A stretch of DNA of 64,000 nucleotides. Source: Eledone cirrhosa (taxonomy: Eukaryota). A program made the position numbers and the translations under genes. Below are positions 40,569 to 54,164 of the stretch, one piece after another (positions within the stretch are counted from its first letter, which is position 1; the number at the start of each line of letters is the position of its first letter). Location of the stretch: assembly GCA_964016885.1 (NCBI GenBank), contig OZ024742.1:127968001-128032000 (forward strand). The letters run 5' to 3'. The notes beneath the pieces are model-generated. The model was not told the origin of the DNA and made no database searches. It saw only the letters and a list, made by a program, of their open reading frames with translations.

Positions 40569-40721
40569 CTTTTCTTCAAGTTTTTTCTGATACTGTTCAA
40601 GTATAGATTTTTCCTCTACCAATGCCTCCATTGCTCTTTTATGTTTCTCCTCAGTCAAACGTAGAATTTGCTTGGCTTTTTCATCATATTCGCTCTTTAG
40701 TTCCTCTTCAATTTTTAATGT
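40569..40721 (-). CDS. FKBP15: FKBP15-like exon H (TLKIEEELKSEYDEKAKQ...QYQKKLEEK)
   Basis: tttag acceptor and open coiled-coil frame. The 3' boundary is inferred at a non-canonical AAG|GCTAGT donor to keep phase 0. Confidence 0.8.
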
Positions 40722-40805
40722 CTAAATAAAAGAATTAGACAATAAAAGAACAAAAAGGCACCTCCTCCACCTAAAAAACCCCCAAAACTTAACCAATAGA
40801 AGAAA

Positions 40806-42266
40806 CATCATCATCATTTAACGTCTATCTTCTTCACTAGCATGGGTTAAATGGGAATTGTCCCATTTGAGACAAGATTGGTCGGGTGACCGTGTCTCGC
40901 TCGTATAGGACTATCTAGCAGGTTTTCTACGGCTGGATGCCCCTCCTAACACCAACCACATTTACAGTGTGGACTGGGAGCTTTTTATTGTGTTACCTAC
41001 ACAACCACTTTACAGTGTGGGGTTTTTTTTTTTTTTCGTCGTGACACCTATGTTGTGGTACCAACATAACTTTATAGAGAAAGGGTGGTGTTGGCGGGAG
41101 TGGAAGGATGGCGCATGAGTAGTGAGTTGGGGTGTATGTTTGGTTTGGAGGGGTCTACTGACTGTAGGTTAACTTTGTACGTAGGGAAGGCGGGTCATCT
41201 GTATTACTGAGTGGCGCCAAAGATCTTGATCCAGAGACATTGTCTTAGAGAGGTGGAAGTGTGCAAGGTTGGAATTTATCAAGTCGTCCCAGGTTTTTTT
41301 GGGTCTACCTACTCCGTAACTTTCATCAATTTTGATCGCCCTGCAATTCTTTATACAGCTGTCGTCTTTCATGCGCATCACGTGACCACACCAACATAAT
41401 CTTCTCTCAAGTAAACAGCATCCGATCGCTCTTATTCCTAATTTCTCACTTAGTTCATTTATGTTTAGCCGTTCGTGTATATTACTATTACACATCCAAC
41501 GGAGCATGCATGCTTCATTCCTTTCCAGTCTGTGCAGGTCCTCTGCACACAATGCACATGTCTCACTGCTGTGTAACATTTCTGTTCATATACAGGCATC
41601 ATACAATCTGCCTTTCATTTTTAGAGAGAAACCTTTTGTGGCTAACAGCGGTATAAGCTCTCTGAACTTTTCCCAACCCGTTCAAACTCTGGCAACTGTA
41701 CTTTCAGCACCCTCCACCACTGCTGATTTTGTCACCCAGGTAACGGAAAATGTCTTCTATTTCTATAGCATCATCTGGGCAATAGAAGGAGCTAGTATCC
41801 TGTGGGCACCTGAGCATCGGCCACATATAAAACCTACGTTCTTAGATAGCTTGCCTGTGATCCCACTACATCTTTTATGTAACCATAGTTTGCATTTGGG
41901 ACATAAAATGGAATTTCTACCTTTTCCTTTCCTACACACTGAGCATGTCCATTTCCCAGAGGGCACTTGTGCCCTTATTTTCCTTTTTACATACTAAAAC
42001 TTTAGTCTTAGACAAGTTAACCTTAAGGCCTTTTGATTCAAGGCGATGCTTCCATGTTTGGAATTTCTTCTCTAGTTCGGCCATAGATTCAGCTATGAGA
42101 GTTAAAATCATCTGCGTACAGAAGTTCCCATGGGCAGCCAATCTTAAACTCCTCAGTTATAGCCTGCAGGGCAATAATAAACAGGAGGGGGCTAAGGACA
42201 GAGCCCTGATGAACACCAACTTTTACGCTAAATTCTCCACTATATTCATTGATAATTCTAACCTTG
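40806..42266 (-). mobile_element. RTE LINE 3' fragment (family A)
   Basis: Colinear with 9001-10480: RT C-terminus, Cys-rich insert, 3' UTR, (TGA)n tail. Confidence 0.9.
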
Positions 42267-42282
42267 TATAACTATTACACAT

Positions 42283-43115
42283 TCATTGGAGCATGTAAGC
42301 TTCGTTTCTTTCTAATCTACGCAAGTCTTCTACAGACAGCGCCCAGGTCTCATTACCATGTAACATTGCTGTTCGTATACACGCATCATACAGTCTGCCT
42401 TTCATTTTGAGAGAAAAGCCTTTTGCAGCTAGCAGTGGCTCCCTGAACTTCTTCCATCCCGTTCTTACCCTAGTTATTGTACTTTTCAAACACCCACCTC
42501 CGCTGCTAATTCGGTCACCTAGGTAGCAGAAGCTGTCTACTGTTTCTACAGAGCCCTCCCAGAGTTTGGTGATGCATGTTTCCTGTGGCTGTATGCTGCT
42601 TGCTGTCCCAGCACAGCTGCTACATGTGAAGCCTACATTCTTAGTTAACCCTTTAGTGTTCAAACCGGCCAGAATTCTCTACCTCTCTCTGTTGAAACTG
42701 GCTGTAACTGTTTTGCTCAAACTGATGTTAAGGTATTGTTTTCAAAATAAATACTTTCAAAATCTCATAGATTCGATATTATGTGAGGTAAAGCCTTTAC
42801 TGTGAAAATATAATAGTATATATAAAATAATGTGAATGCTAAAGGGTTAAGCTTCCTGAGATCCCACTACATCTCTTGTGTACCCATTGTTTGCATTTGG
42901 GCAGAGGATGGAGTTCCTACCTACACCTTTCCTATATACTGAGCAAGGCCATTTCCCTGAGGGGATCAGGGTTCTGTTTTCTCGTCTACTTAGGAGGACC
43001 TGAGTCTTTGTCAGGTTGACTTTGAGACCCTTTCTTTCTAGTCCCTGCTTCCATGTTTGGAATTTCTTGTCTAGTTCCACCATAGATTCGGCTACAAGTG
43101 TGAGATCATCTGCAT
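42283..43115 (-). mobile_element. RTE LINE internal fragment (family B) interrupted by a MITE
   Basis: Colinear with about 14555-15190 on both sides of the MITE. Confidence 0.88.
42649..42846. mobile_element. piggyBac-type MITE, 198 bp, TTAA target-site duplication
   Basis: TTAA|CCCTTTAG...CTAAAGGG|TTAA. The paralogous RTE copies at about 14920 and 56565 show the empty site with a single TTAA. Confidence 0.9.
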
Positions 43116-43540
43116 TTTTTTTTTTATTGTTGTAGGAAAATAAGCATTTGAAGAGGATTGTCTGTTACATAGTGAAATGCCTATTATTTCCATAACTGGA
43201 TATGTGAAATACTTTGTAGGTTAGCATCAATTATTGAAATATTTATAAATTATATGTCCAACAAGTTTCACACATTCTACACTGGTTTAATATTGATGCT
43301 CAGAAAACTAGATCAACTTAATCATTATACTTTGATACACAATGAACTGCTCTTGTGCATGTGTGTATAGATAGTAACAAATCTTCAGGTCAAGAAAATA
43401 TGTGCAGTTGAACATATTACACACACAAGTAACTAATTATTTTGTTAAAAACTGACTTTTTGAAAAAAAAAAGATTGTATATATTTTTTAATAAAAAAAA
43501 TGTATACAATCTAAATAGAAATGCCATCCACCCAACTTAC

Positions 43541-43606
43541 CTGTTCGCAGGAAGCTGCTGATGCTTTGTGAGCATAGAGTTTTTTTCGGTAAGTTTCCAA
43601 ATCAGA
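43541..43606 (-). CDS. FKBP15: FKBP15-like exon G (SDLETYRKKLYAHKASAASCEQ)
   Basis: tttag/gtaagt, 66 bp, phase 0/0, open frame. Confidence 0.82.
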
Positions 43607-45071
43607 CTAAAAATAGAGAAAGGTTAAAAATGTTGAAATAGAGTGGGAAGGTAATTTAATTCTTGAGTATGAGCATCTAATGCTGCACTGACTTCATCAA
43701 AGAAGGATTTGTATTTAGACTCTTTGGTGAATAAAGTTGCACCGCCCACAGAGACCTATCTTTCAGCCTAAGCTTCTAGAAGTAAATCCTCCCTCCTAAT
43801 GGGATCCTGTCCATAGCACATTCTGTGAGCTTGTGAGTATTTCCACTCCTGATAACATTCATGAGCTCGGCTGGTCATGCTTGGGGATCCAGCTGCATAA
43901 ATTGGAGATGGTTGCTTCAGACAGGAGCAGCTGGAAGGAGTGTTTGAGGACTGCCTGAACGACCATCCCAGGAATAAGTGGGCAAAGAAAGAAGAAAAAG
44001 CACAAACAGCCAGTAGATCACTGAAACCCTATAAGTTGTTCTGGCAATAGAGGCATCTGTTAGAAATAACTAATTCATCCTTCATAAATTCCAAAATCTG
44101 CTTCCTATGGAGTTAAAAAATGTAAAGCCAAACTGTGATAAGGAATCTAGTATTAGGCAAGGTATTTTGTTGGAGAATTCAGGCCTTATTAACAATCATT
44201 GACTAGCTACATTAATGCAAGTTCTTATTGCAACAATACAAAAAAATAAAATAAATAAAACAAACAAAAACATCTTAAAACCTATTTTCCATAACAATTA
44301 AATCAACCAGGTACACCGATATCTTTTTCCAGCAATGGTAACACAAATGACACTGAGACCCTACAGAAGTCATTGCACTTATTACACAACCAAATATAAC
44401 CTAGATTACAGAAAGAATAAGATACGTTCCTCAATGGTATAATATAATGGCTGATGTAAAGTCCAACCATATGATCTAGTTTCTTGTAATCAACACTTTA
44501 ACCCCACAGCCATTCATTATCAACATCATTTTTTACGTCTGTTTTTCCATGCTTGAATCAGTTGGATGGGTCCTTTTCAGCACAGCATTTCTCTACTCAT
44601 CATGATCCTTCTTCATTTCTACTGAGTCTCAGTAAATTAAGATCAGCTATCACCAACTCTGCCTAAGTCTTCCTTGGCCCTCCTCTACTATGACTTCCTT
44701 CCACTGGGATTTCTTGGCACTGCTTCACCAAGTGATCATCATCAATGCTCATCACATGTTCATATCAACGCAATCTCCTCTTCTGCACACTACTTCTGAT
44801 TTCTCTTATACCCAGTTTCTCCTTCAGTTCATCCAAGCTCTGATGTTCTCTTACATTAACATTGCACATCCATCGAAGCATGTGTCTCACAAAGTTCACT
44901 AGGAATGTATCCTTCTTTAAGATAGAGTGTGATATTTGAAAAGTTCGACCAATCATATCAAAACCTGTTCTCAGCAGCTGATGTACTTCCAGCCATAGTT
45001 CAAACCATTCTTTTCCAAACAATGTAATAATACATTAAATGAAAACAAGAAACTGTTACAGAATACCTCAC

Positions 45072-45155
45072 CTCAAACTGAAACTTAAGTTCCTCAATTT
45101 CCTCTTCATATCGCCGTCTGTCATCAAGAGCTTTTTTCTTACGATCACTCACATT
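45072..45155 (-). CDS. FKBP15: FKBP15-like exon F (NVSDRKKKALDDRRRYEEEIEELKFQFE)
   Basis: ttcag/gtgagg, 84 bp, phase 0/0. Resembles NLSERKKK...EEEIDEI. Confidence 0.9.
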
Positions 45156-45630
45156 CTGAAGAGGAAAAACAATAAAAAATAAACCTATAAACAGAACTTT
45201 ATTTCAACCCTTCATTCTAAAAACTTTTAAATGCATTTCTCCATAGTTCATTTTGACTTACAATTGTATACTATCTCCATCTTAAATTTTACAGTTTTCT
45301 TCCCGCATTATACTTGTCCTCATTTAATAGGCACCTACCTTCACTTCTCATATACCTTTGAAATTTTCATTCAGATTTTGAGGAATAAATTTTATGTTGC
45401 TTAACCTTGCTCAGTCTCGTCCTAGACTTTGTAGTTTCATAATATTTACATCTCAAATGATATCAACATTTTTTGAAACACCATGTACTTCATGGTTATA
45501 AAATAGGTGAAAATACTGTTAACAGTTTATCAAAAGTAATGAAAACATTAGACACAGACTCTACTATAGCTAGCCAAAATATGAATTGTATCATTATCAA
45601 AAGTATAGTTGGTTCAAATCTTGCACTCAC

Positions 45631-45767
45631 CTTTTCTAAAGACTCACAAGATGACTTCATGTCTGATAGTTCATCATTTAACTGGCTCAATTTGTTGGTA
45701 AGTGTTTTTCGTTGTTGACGCTCTTCCTTGTACGAGTTTGTAATTTCAGTTAATTGTTCTTGATTTT
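45631..45767 (-). CDS. FKBP15: FKBP15-like exon E (ENQEQLTEITNSYKEERQQRK...CESLEK)
   Basis: aag/gtgagt, 137 bp, phase 1/0. Coiled coil ending in ESLEK as in FKBP15. Confidence 0.88.
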
Positions 45768-46777
45768 CTTTTGAGAAAGATAATCATAGTGAATCATTCA
45801 GATTTTTTACACCTGGTTTAAAAGTACTATAACTATCTGTCCAACTTATCCTACCATAATTAACATTTTTGATACCAACCTACATGAAACCTACTCTGTT
45901 TCTAGGAAACAAAATGACCCATTTTAAAGGATTCCTATTTAAATTAAAACCGTCCAATATATTTTTATATAAGAACCCTTTGTTGAGTTATGTTACATAT
46001 ATTATCAAAATAATGAAATAATAATTTTAGTCTTAATTAATTACAGAAAAAAGGACCAATCATCAGATTGGATCAATGAAACTATGTCTCCATTGTTCTT
46101 TCCATTGCTGATACTATCTGCTAAAAGTGTCACTACTTTTCTGATGACAGGAGGGGGGATTTCAACATTTTATGTCCATTTATCCATGCTGCCATGATTA
46201 GATGGGCTGTTACAGATCAAGTCAGTACTTAATTAGACCTACTACCCTCCTAGAAGATTTGTAGACTATGTCTTGCTCAATATATTCTATTTTAGCATGT
46301 TTTCTATAGCTGATTTCCCTTCCTAATGCCAATTACTTTACAGAGTGTAGTGGGTGCATTTTATTGTTGCACCAGCATTAGGAAGGTTGTCAAGCTCTTG
46401 ACATGACTGGAGAGTCTTCTCTATCCTTTTTTAGTTTGGTTTCTATAGCTGGATGCTCTCCCATATAAATAAAGAAATTTACTAAATTTGGAGCACACAC
46501 ACCCACCGATACAAGAAAATATATTTTATAAATGTATGTGCTAATTAAACATAATAACAGTGGATATTTGATGATGATTATTCATGATATAAGACAAAAT
46601 TTTGTATGGTCAGTAAATGTCATAAAATAACTACAGACTGATATATAATATTCCATAAGCAAATAGAATCAATTATTTATAAAAAGAATAAGAAATATAC
46701 AAACTAATCCAAACTCATAAATTTATAACCTATATATGATATTAATATTTTCTATTTTCAGCACCCTAGCAGCTAAC

Positions 46778-46809
<32 letters not shown>

Positions 46810-47369
46810 ATCATTATTGCCATCTGTTAAAACTTCAGGGTTTCATCAGGTCAATACCTACAGATTCAGTAACATTAAATATTGTCATCACCATCATCAT
46901 CATCATACATTTGTTTTTCCAGTCCAACCTGTTAGCCAGTCATTTTTGTGCCATGATAAAAAGCACCCAACTGTAGAAATCAAGCCAGAAACAGTTCTGT
47001 GTGAGCAAGACATGGTCACCTGATCTGACTTGTCATACAACAGGACGATTCATCTAATGTGGAAAATGGATGTTAAATGGTGATGATGATGATCAAGGCA
47101 GAAGTGGTGAGAGTTGATCCTAAAATGTTGAACCTCACAAAGGAGATGACGAAGGAACGTGTGGAGGCAGGCTATGCTGGAAAAAACCCCATCCAACTCA
47201 GGCAAGCATGAAAAACAAATGTATGATGTTTAATGTCACTGAATCTGTATGAATTGGCTTTATGAAACCCTGAATCTTTAACAGGTGGCAGTAATGATGA
47301 TTACAAAGAGAATTATTAACAATATATGAATATACAGGTCATGATTTAGAGAAAGATTAAGAAATTTAC

Positions 47370-47541
47370 CTTCAAATTGCCTATTTAACAGTTTTAATTG
47401 CTCTTTGGCAGCAGTTTTGTCTGTATTTGTAGCACTTAACTGCTGTCTTAACTCAATTTCTTTTTTATGAATGGCTGATACTTCCAGCTGCAGGTTGCTC
47501 AGCATAGAGGTCGCAGAACTCAGTTCTGATGTAATCTTGGC
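47370..47541 (-). CDS. FKBP15: FKBP15-like exon D (AKITSELSSATSMLSNLQLEVSAIHKKEIELRQQL...NRQFE)
   Basis: tag/gtaaat, 172 bp, phase 0/1. Resembles FKBP15 AKVTEELAAATAQVSHLQL...HQKKETEL. Confidence 0.92.
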
Positions 47542-47644
47542 CTACAGTTATCAAAATTAAAGAGATTACCAAATTACACAGACACATATTCACACAAGAA
47601 AATAATATTTTCTATTCATATATCATTATCATTTAATATAATAG

Positions 47645-47830
47645 AAGGGGGGATTGGTAGTATCGGTAGAGAGTCGGACGCCATGCTTTGACGCATAGTT
47701 ACGGCCCTTGCCATTCTGAGTTCAAATCCCGCCGAGGTTAACTTTGCCTTTCATCCTTACGGGGTCGATAAAATAAAGTACCAGTAATGCACTGGGTAAT
47801 TACTGGCCTTGTGCCAAAAGTAGAAACAAT
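47645..47830 (+). mobile_element. tRNA-derived SINE
   Basis: A-box-like TGGTAGTATCGG, B-box GAGTTCAAATCC, then a body TTTGCCTTTCATCC...GATAAAATAAAGTACCAG. Diverged relatives at about 1250-1410, 49497-49650 and 50090-50270 (+) and 48790-48970 (-). Confidence 0.75.
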
Positions 47831-49386
47831 TATCATTTAATATCTGTTTTTCCATGCTGGCTATGTCTTAGTATAAATATCCTAAATATAGCCAGCTAAT
47901 ATTGAAATCAATAGTTTCAATCAAAGCTAATTTATAGTTTACATACATTGAATCACTAGTTCTGTTTTTACTGTTCTGTTCTAATGAAATTGTTAATCAA
48001 AGGTCTTAGTCACTTAGAGTGAAGTTTCTTGTCAAGTTGGTTATTCTATCCCAGAGTATCGTTGGTGCTCTCTCTTTTATCCTCACTCTAGTATGACATG
48101 ACTCAGATATCAATCACTCTTCCTTCTGTATAATAACACCTTAAACTACAAGCACTTATACATAATTCTGGAATTATTGAATGGACAAGATACTGAAGTA
48201 TCTGCTCATAGATTAGGGGTTCAATCCACTGCAGGTATTTCACATTGCCCCATTTCACTTAGCTGTTCAGAATAGATACCAGATCATCTGGTAATTTATC
48301 CAAAGGGAGATTCCTTTTTCATCCACTTAACACCATCCAAATAAAGATAAGAACTGGCACTTAACAGATTATCTCGGCAAGTATTTATTACATGCACTTC
48401 TACACATTTCCTTTCTACTGCATACAAAGCTTATGTACATAAAAACTTAACACCACATACCAGGTATATTTATTCATCATGAATATTAGCCCTGATCTTA
48501 CACATCTCTAGAAAACAGGCTTATAAGGCTACATTTTCCCTATTCATTAGAAAAAGCAGCACATACTCAGCAACTCATAACACAAATGAAACACAATCAG
48601 CACCAAACAAAATAAGATAACTCATATTCTACATAATTCTACACAACAGATTAAATGCAAAAGTAAGATGAGAAACAATAAAACAAACTTCACAACATAG
48701 CAACAGATATAAAATCTTATCACAATCCTATACACCCCAAAGAAACACATAGGTGCTCCAAGTGGTATAGTAAATAATTGCAAGAACATGAGTTCTGATA
48801 TAGGACAAGAAACTTTTGGTGGAGTAATAAGCCAATCGACACCTAGTACTTCACTAGAACCATATTTTATTGATCTTAGAAGTTGACTATACTGAGATTT
48901 GAATTTAGAACATAAAGAGCATATGTTGCAAAGTAGTTTGGTTGATACTCTAACAATTTTGCTAATCCACTATAAATCTTAAACTTTAGATTGACTTTCC
49001 ACAGAACAATGACACTAGTGTTTTTCTACATACTACCTTGGTTTTGTTTCTCAGTTTTTCTTCTTTTTTTTATGTTATTTTCCATTTATTTTCCCTGATG
49101 GCAAAGACACACTGGTTTATTTAGTTAGAATAATTGTTTATAAAGCTGAATGCATTCATTAGAAATCACAAAATAGGAATTTAGCCTGTCATTTGTTCAT
49201 TCAAGCTTGCAGAATTGGTACATTACAATGGCTCCAGCAATAATTTTTTACCTTGCAGCTAGGTAGTTCAGCAACTTAACCTCACAGCCATTGTGTCTCT
49301 TTGACATTAGAAATTACACTCTTCTCAGTGTCAATATAATTGAAAAGTGACTTTAAAATCAAAAGATGCTAGAATTGTGGTAACAG

Positions 49387-49418
<32 letters not shown>

Positions 49419-50376
49419 TAACAAACAAAACAAAACTAAAAGCAATTCATATTATCATTTAGCAACATTTGTATTCTTTTCTCATTCTATATATTATGGT
49501 GGTGAATTGGTAGAGTTATTAGAATGTCTCAGAATAACTTGCAGTGTTTGTTCCACCACTCTGCACTCTGAATTCCAATCTTGCTGAGGTCAACTTTGCA
49601 TTTTGTACTTTGCAGGTTGAGATATAAAATACCAGTTCCATATAAATACCAGTTCCTAAATCTATTTCTCACTCTCTTTCTGTTATTCTTCCTTTCTATT
49701 TATTTGAAAGAAATCAGTTGTGTTCAGACATGGAGATGAATAGGTGCCACTAGGTTTAAATATCCAAGACACGTCATGTCTCATGATAGAGCCTATTCAA
49801 CTTCATCAAGAATTAAAAGCCCATGGATGGATAGATTCGATATGGATGATGATCGTTAAGTGAAGAAGTGCCAAGTAATCCCAGTGGATTACTTGGCAAT
49901 TGGTAGAGGAAGACTAAGGAAGACCTAGATGGAAGTGGTGAGAGCTGATCTCAGATTGCTAAAGCTCACGGAAATGACAAAGGAATGTGACAAGTGAATA
50001 GATGCTGTACTGAGAAGGACCAGTCTAACCGATGCAAGTATGGAACAACAGACCTAAAATGATGGATGATGATATCACAATGTATGTAGCCTGGCAGAAT
50101 TGGTAGAACATCAGACGAAACTAAATACTTTACAGTATTTAGTTTTGTCATGTAACGTTATGAGTTCAAATCCCCTTTAATATCAACTTTGTCTTTCATA
50201 CTTCCATGAGACAATAAAATAAAGTATGAGTTAAGTACTAGGGTTGATATATTCAACTATAACCTCCCTCAAGATGTTAAAAATCAATATACATTTTTCT
50301 TAATGATTATCTGAACACAGAACAAGAAAATTATAGACAGAAGTGTAAAAAAAAAGGTAGTGGTAGAATATCTTAC

Positions 50377-50479
50377 CTTCTCCGTCTCCAGTTTCAAGAC
50401 TTGAGCTTGCGATTGCTCTGCTGAGCTCTTGTAGCTGTCATTCCTCTGTTCAAGTAAATGATTACTCTGCTCCACATAT
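50377..50479 (-). CDS. FKBP15: FKBP15-like exon C ([34 protein letters not shown])
   Basis: cag/gtaaga, 103 bp, phase 2/0, compatible with exon B. YVEQSN...RN motif of FKBP15. Confidence 0.92.
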
Positions 50480-51357
50480 CTGACAACAAGCACACAAATA
50501 AACAAATTTAAGATAATAAAGTTAATAGAGTTCAACAATGGAGAAAGTTTCTTCATTGGTATGGTTTCTACAGCTGGATGTCCTTCCTATCACCAGCCAC
50601 CAAAGTGTATTGGGTGCATTTTATTGTGTCATCAACACTAGAGAGGTTGTTGTGTCCTTGACACAACTGAAGAGACTCAACCCTTGTTTTGGCATGGTTT
50701 CTACAGCTGGATGTTCTTTCTATCACTAACCACCTTACAAGATCTATTTTTCATGGCACCAGCACTAGAGAGGTTGCTATGTCCTTTTTGGCATGGTTTC
50801 TATAGCGGGGCACCCTTCCTATAATCAATTACCAGAGAATACAGGGTGCATTTTATCATGACATCAGCACTAGGTAGTCAGTCAGTCATTAACTCGACTA
50901 TAGAGTCCTCGGTACTCTAAGGAGGTGGGATAAGATGGAGGGAAGTAGGAAGGATAAGTATGACGCCATGAGTAAGTGACAGTATGTGGTTTGTGGAGAG
51001 AAAAGACAACAGTATAATACTAGGAGTGGGGTAGGAAGTGTGGTGGGGTTCAAAGTCCTCCCTCTTATCCACCACATCACATTCCTATAGAGTATTTCTC
51101 TCAGCTCGCCTACGCTACACATCCATGGAACATACTTTACCCACCTCCTTCCAACCCTCACAGATCCTCAGCAGTCAAGGCCCATGTCTAACTGGAGCCA
51201 CAGGATTGCTGCTTGCATGTAGGCATCATATAGCTTAAACCTCACCGAGAGAAATCCTCCTTATTCGCCGAGGTACTGGGTTCCTAAACTTCTTCCAGCT
51301 CATTCTTACTCTGGTTACTACAATTTCAATACATCATCCTTCTACTGCTGGTTAAGT

Positions 51358-52350
51358 ATCATCATCATTTTACATACATTTTTCCATACTTGTACAGGTT
51401 GGGTGGGCTCTTTCGAGAGAATTTCAGCATTTTGAGATCATATTTAACCACATCTGCCCAGGTTTTTCTCAGTCTTCCTCTACTCCAGATTGCTTCCATT
51501 GGCATAACCTGGTACTTTTTCACACAGCATTCATCATCCATACATACCACATTACTATACCAGTGCAGTTTTCCTTCTTAAATACATCTGATTCCTCTTA
51601 CACCCAGTTTTTATTTCAATCCATACATGCCCCATTGTTCAAGCAAACTAACATTATACATCCAGTGGAGCATGCTTGCTTCATTTCTTTCCAGCCCCTA
51701 TACAGCCTTTGCATTTACATCCCATGTCGCAATGTCATACAACATCATAATTCTCATACAGGTACCATACAATCTACCCTTCACTCATAGAGAAAATCCC
51801 TTTGTTGTCAGCAGAAGTAGTAGCTCCCTAAACATTTTCCAGCCTGTTCTTATTCTAGCTACTATGCAACCCCCTCTACTGCTAGGTAACAGAAACTATC
51901 AACTTCTTCAATGGTACCTATTGGAAAAGTTTCATTTCATTACTGCTCTTTCTACACTCTATTCCTGTGTATCTGCCACAAGTAAAGTCTATCTTATCTA
52001 CTAGTCTGCCTACAATGTCACAATACTTCTTGTGTACCCATATCTTACATTGAGTATATCATATAGAGTTTCTACCTACTCCTTTTTCCTACATATTGAG
52101 CATGGCCATTTCCCTAATGGAATAAGTTTTGTCTTCTTTTCTATTTACTTTGGTCTTTAAACCTTTAACGACTTCTATGGAGCCTTTCAGGCAACTGAAG
52201 GAATCTATTTTACGCTTGCTCTTAGTGTTAACTTCTATGCATAGAGCGCTTACAAAGTCTGTTTTCGCTGACAACTTGCCTCTGTGCATCCAAATATTAC
52301 AAAAGAGCTCCCATAGAGTGCCAATTCCAAACTTTTCTTATGGCCTGAAC
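51358..52350 (-). mobile_element. Old, degenerate RTE LINE 3' fragment
   Basis: Residual GRLRKTW, MLHW and KWPCS.CRK motifs, plus the same 3' tail as the other RTE copies. Confidence 0.7.
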
Positions 52351-52599
52351 CTGTATATACATCATTAAAATAAAACGCAAGATCACATGACAACAACAAC
52401 AGAGTTCTTTATGTAGTTTTCTTAATTCTGAAAAAAACTACTAAGACAATGAATTTGATTCTTTGAGTTCTGCTGCTGAATTTGATGCTACTGTCACTAC
52501 TATAACTACTGCTGCTATTACTATTACCATAGCTACTGCTGCTATTGCTATCACCACAGCTAAGCTACTACTATTCTACTATTGCTGCTGCCAAGGAGG

Positions 52600-53190
52600 A
52601 GGCAAATTGAAGCCAAGCTCATAGATGTTATCCAACCATTTTGCTTGGGGTCTACTCCTGGGTCTCCTGCCAGTTGGTTTTGCTTGTAAAATCAGTCCAG
52701 TGATTCTTTCCTTAAACATTCTGATCGCATGTTTGTAATATCGGAGCTGAGATCTCTCAATTTGAAGAAGAAGTAGTAGCTCTACCTAGAGTGACTCTCT
52801 AATATTCGAGCTATGCACTCTATCAAGTAACATTACTCAACAGCCCCTCAAAGGAACCTTCTTTCAGCTGCTTGTATTCACGATCATTACCCAAGATTCA
52901 TGACCAGAGGTAAAAGTTGGCATGAATACCAAATTGAAGATAGCGAGTTCAGCTTTTACACCACCTCCTTTCTTCTGATGTCCAATGGTGCATTACTGCA
53001 CCAACTCCTGCAATACTTGCACTTAGTTAAGCCTCCTGCCTTCTATCACTCGTGAAAATGGCCCTGAGATACTTGAACTTTTTCACCTGCTTCAGTGGAA
53101 CTCCACATGTAGAGTGCGCTGGCCAGGCTTCCTTGAAAAGACTAGTGTCTTCAGTCTTCACAGCACTGATTTTCACATCTGCTGTGCATC
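52600..53190 (-). mobile_element. Degenerate LINE 3' fragment of a further family
   Basis: GRP..RWLDNI-type end. Related pieces at about 3140-3490 and 43840-43990 on the + strand. Confidence 0.5.
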
Positions 53191-53489
53191 AAACCAGGTA
53201 CTATGCTAATATATATATATATGATCATCATCATTTTACATCTGTCTTCTACACTAATAACAATACTATTTTTAAATTTGCAATTAAAAAGAAAAAAAAA
53301 AAAAACATGTTTAACCAGAAAGAAAATTGTTCTTTTTTTTTTCTTTTCAAATTATAAAAATTAACAAGTTTTTACCCCAACTACTTAATTTTCTGATCCA
53401 TCCTATTTTTAATGCTCCAGGATGTGTGAGTATCATAATTTACCAGTGGCATATAATTTGCCAATGACGCTCATAGTAAAATAACTTAC

Positions 53490-53584
53490 TTTTGATTCTG
53501 CTGAAGAAGATCGGATATTTTTTGGTTCTGAAACTCTACTTTATTTGCTTGTTCCACAATATCTGTTTTGAGTCTTTCATTTTC
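53490..53584 (-). CDS. FKBP15: FKBP15-like exon B (ENERLKTDIVEQANKVEFQNQKISDLLQQNQ)
   Basis: Polypyrimidine+cag acceptor, gtaagt donor, 95 bp, phase 0/2. Resembles FKBP15 ENERLKQEILEK...QNDKISELIERNQ. Confidence 0.92.
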
Positions 53585-53808
53585 CTGAAGGAGAGAGTGA
53601 GAGGTAGAAATAGAGGGAGAGAAGAAGATAGAGAGGGCAGACAGAAGAATAGAGAGAGAAAGAGACATGAGGAAAAGATGAAATGTGAAAAGAAAGGAAT
53701 GAGAGTAGAAAGCAAGGACGAAAAAAAAGAATAAGAAAAAAGTTAATGACTGAATACATATCAACAAGAGAAAGTGGTAATGAAAATAAATATGAAGGAA
53801 GAATTTAC

Positions 53809-53895
53809 CAGAATAATTCGTTGAATGTTCTGCAGTATAACAGATGTTTCTAGTAATGGAAATGATTTAGAATTGTTTTGTGTAGGGTAATCCAA
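53809..53895 (-). CDS. FKBP15: FKBP15-like exon A (LDYPTQNNSKSFPLLETSVILQNIQRIIL)
   Basis: ttcag acceptor, gtaaat donor, 87 bp, phase 0/0. ETSVILQNIQRII resembles vertebrate FKBP15 ETSMIMSNIQRII (recalled). Confidence 0.88.
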
Positions 53896-54164
53896 CTGAA
53901 AACAAACAGAAAAATAATTATTGCAACAGCAGCACTTACATATTCACTCACAATAATAGTCACTATCTACCCACTCTATAGAAAATATAATTCCGCTGAT
54001 GCCTACATCTATTGCATCTTCCCTGTAATAAGCATGCAGGATCCATTGTCTGCTTGTACTCGCATACTTGCATATTTATTTGCATGTAACAAACCGCTAT
54101 GCAACCTTCCACTTCCTTACTTAGATACAACAGTGCAGCTCCCATAACTTTTTGAAACCTTTTT

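Noticed and set aside
47645-47735. tRNA gene
   Set aside because: A and B boxes are present but no cloverleaf; the sequence continues into a SINE body with several diverged copies.
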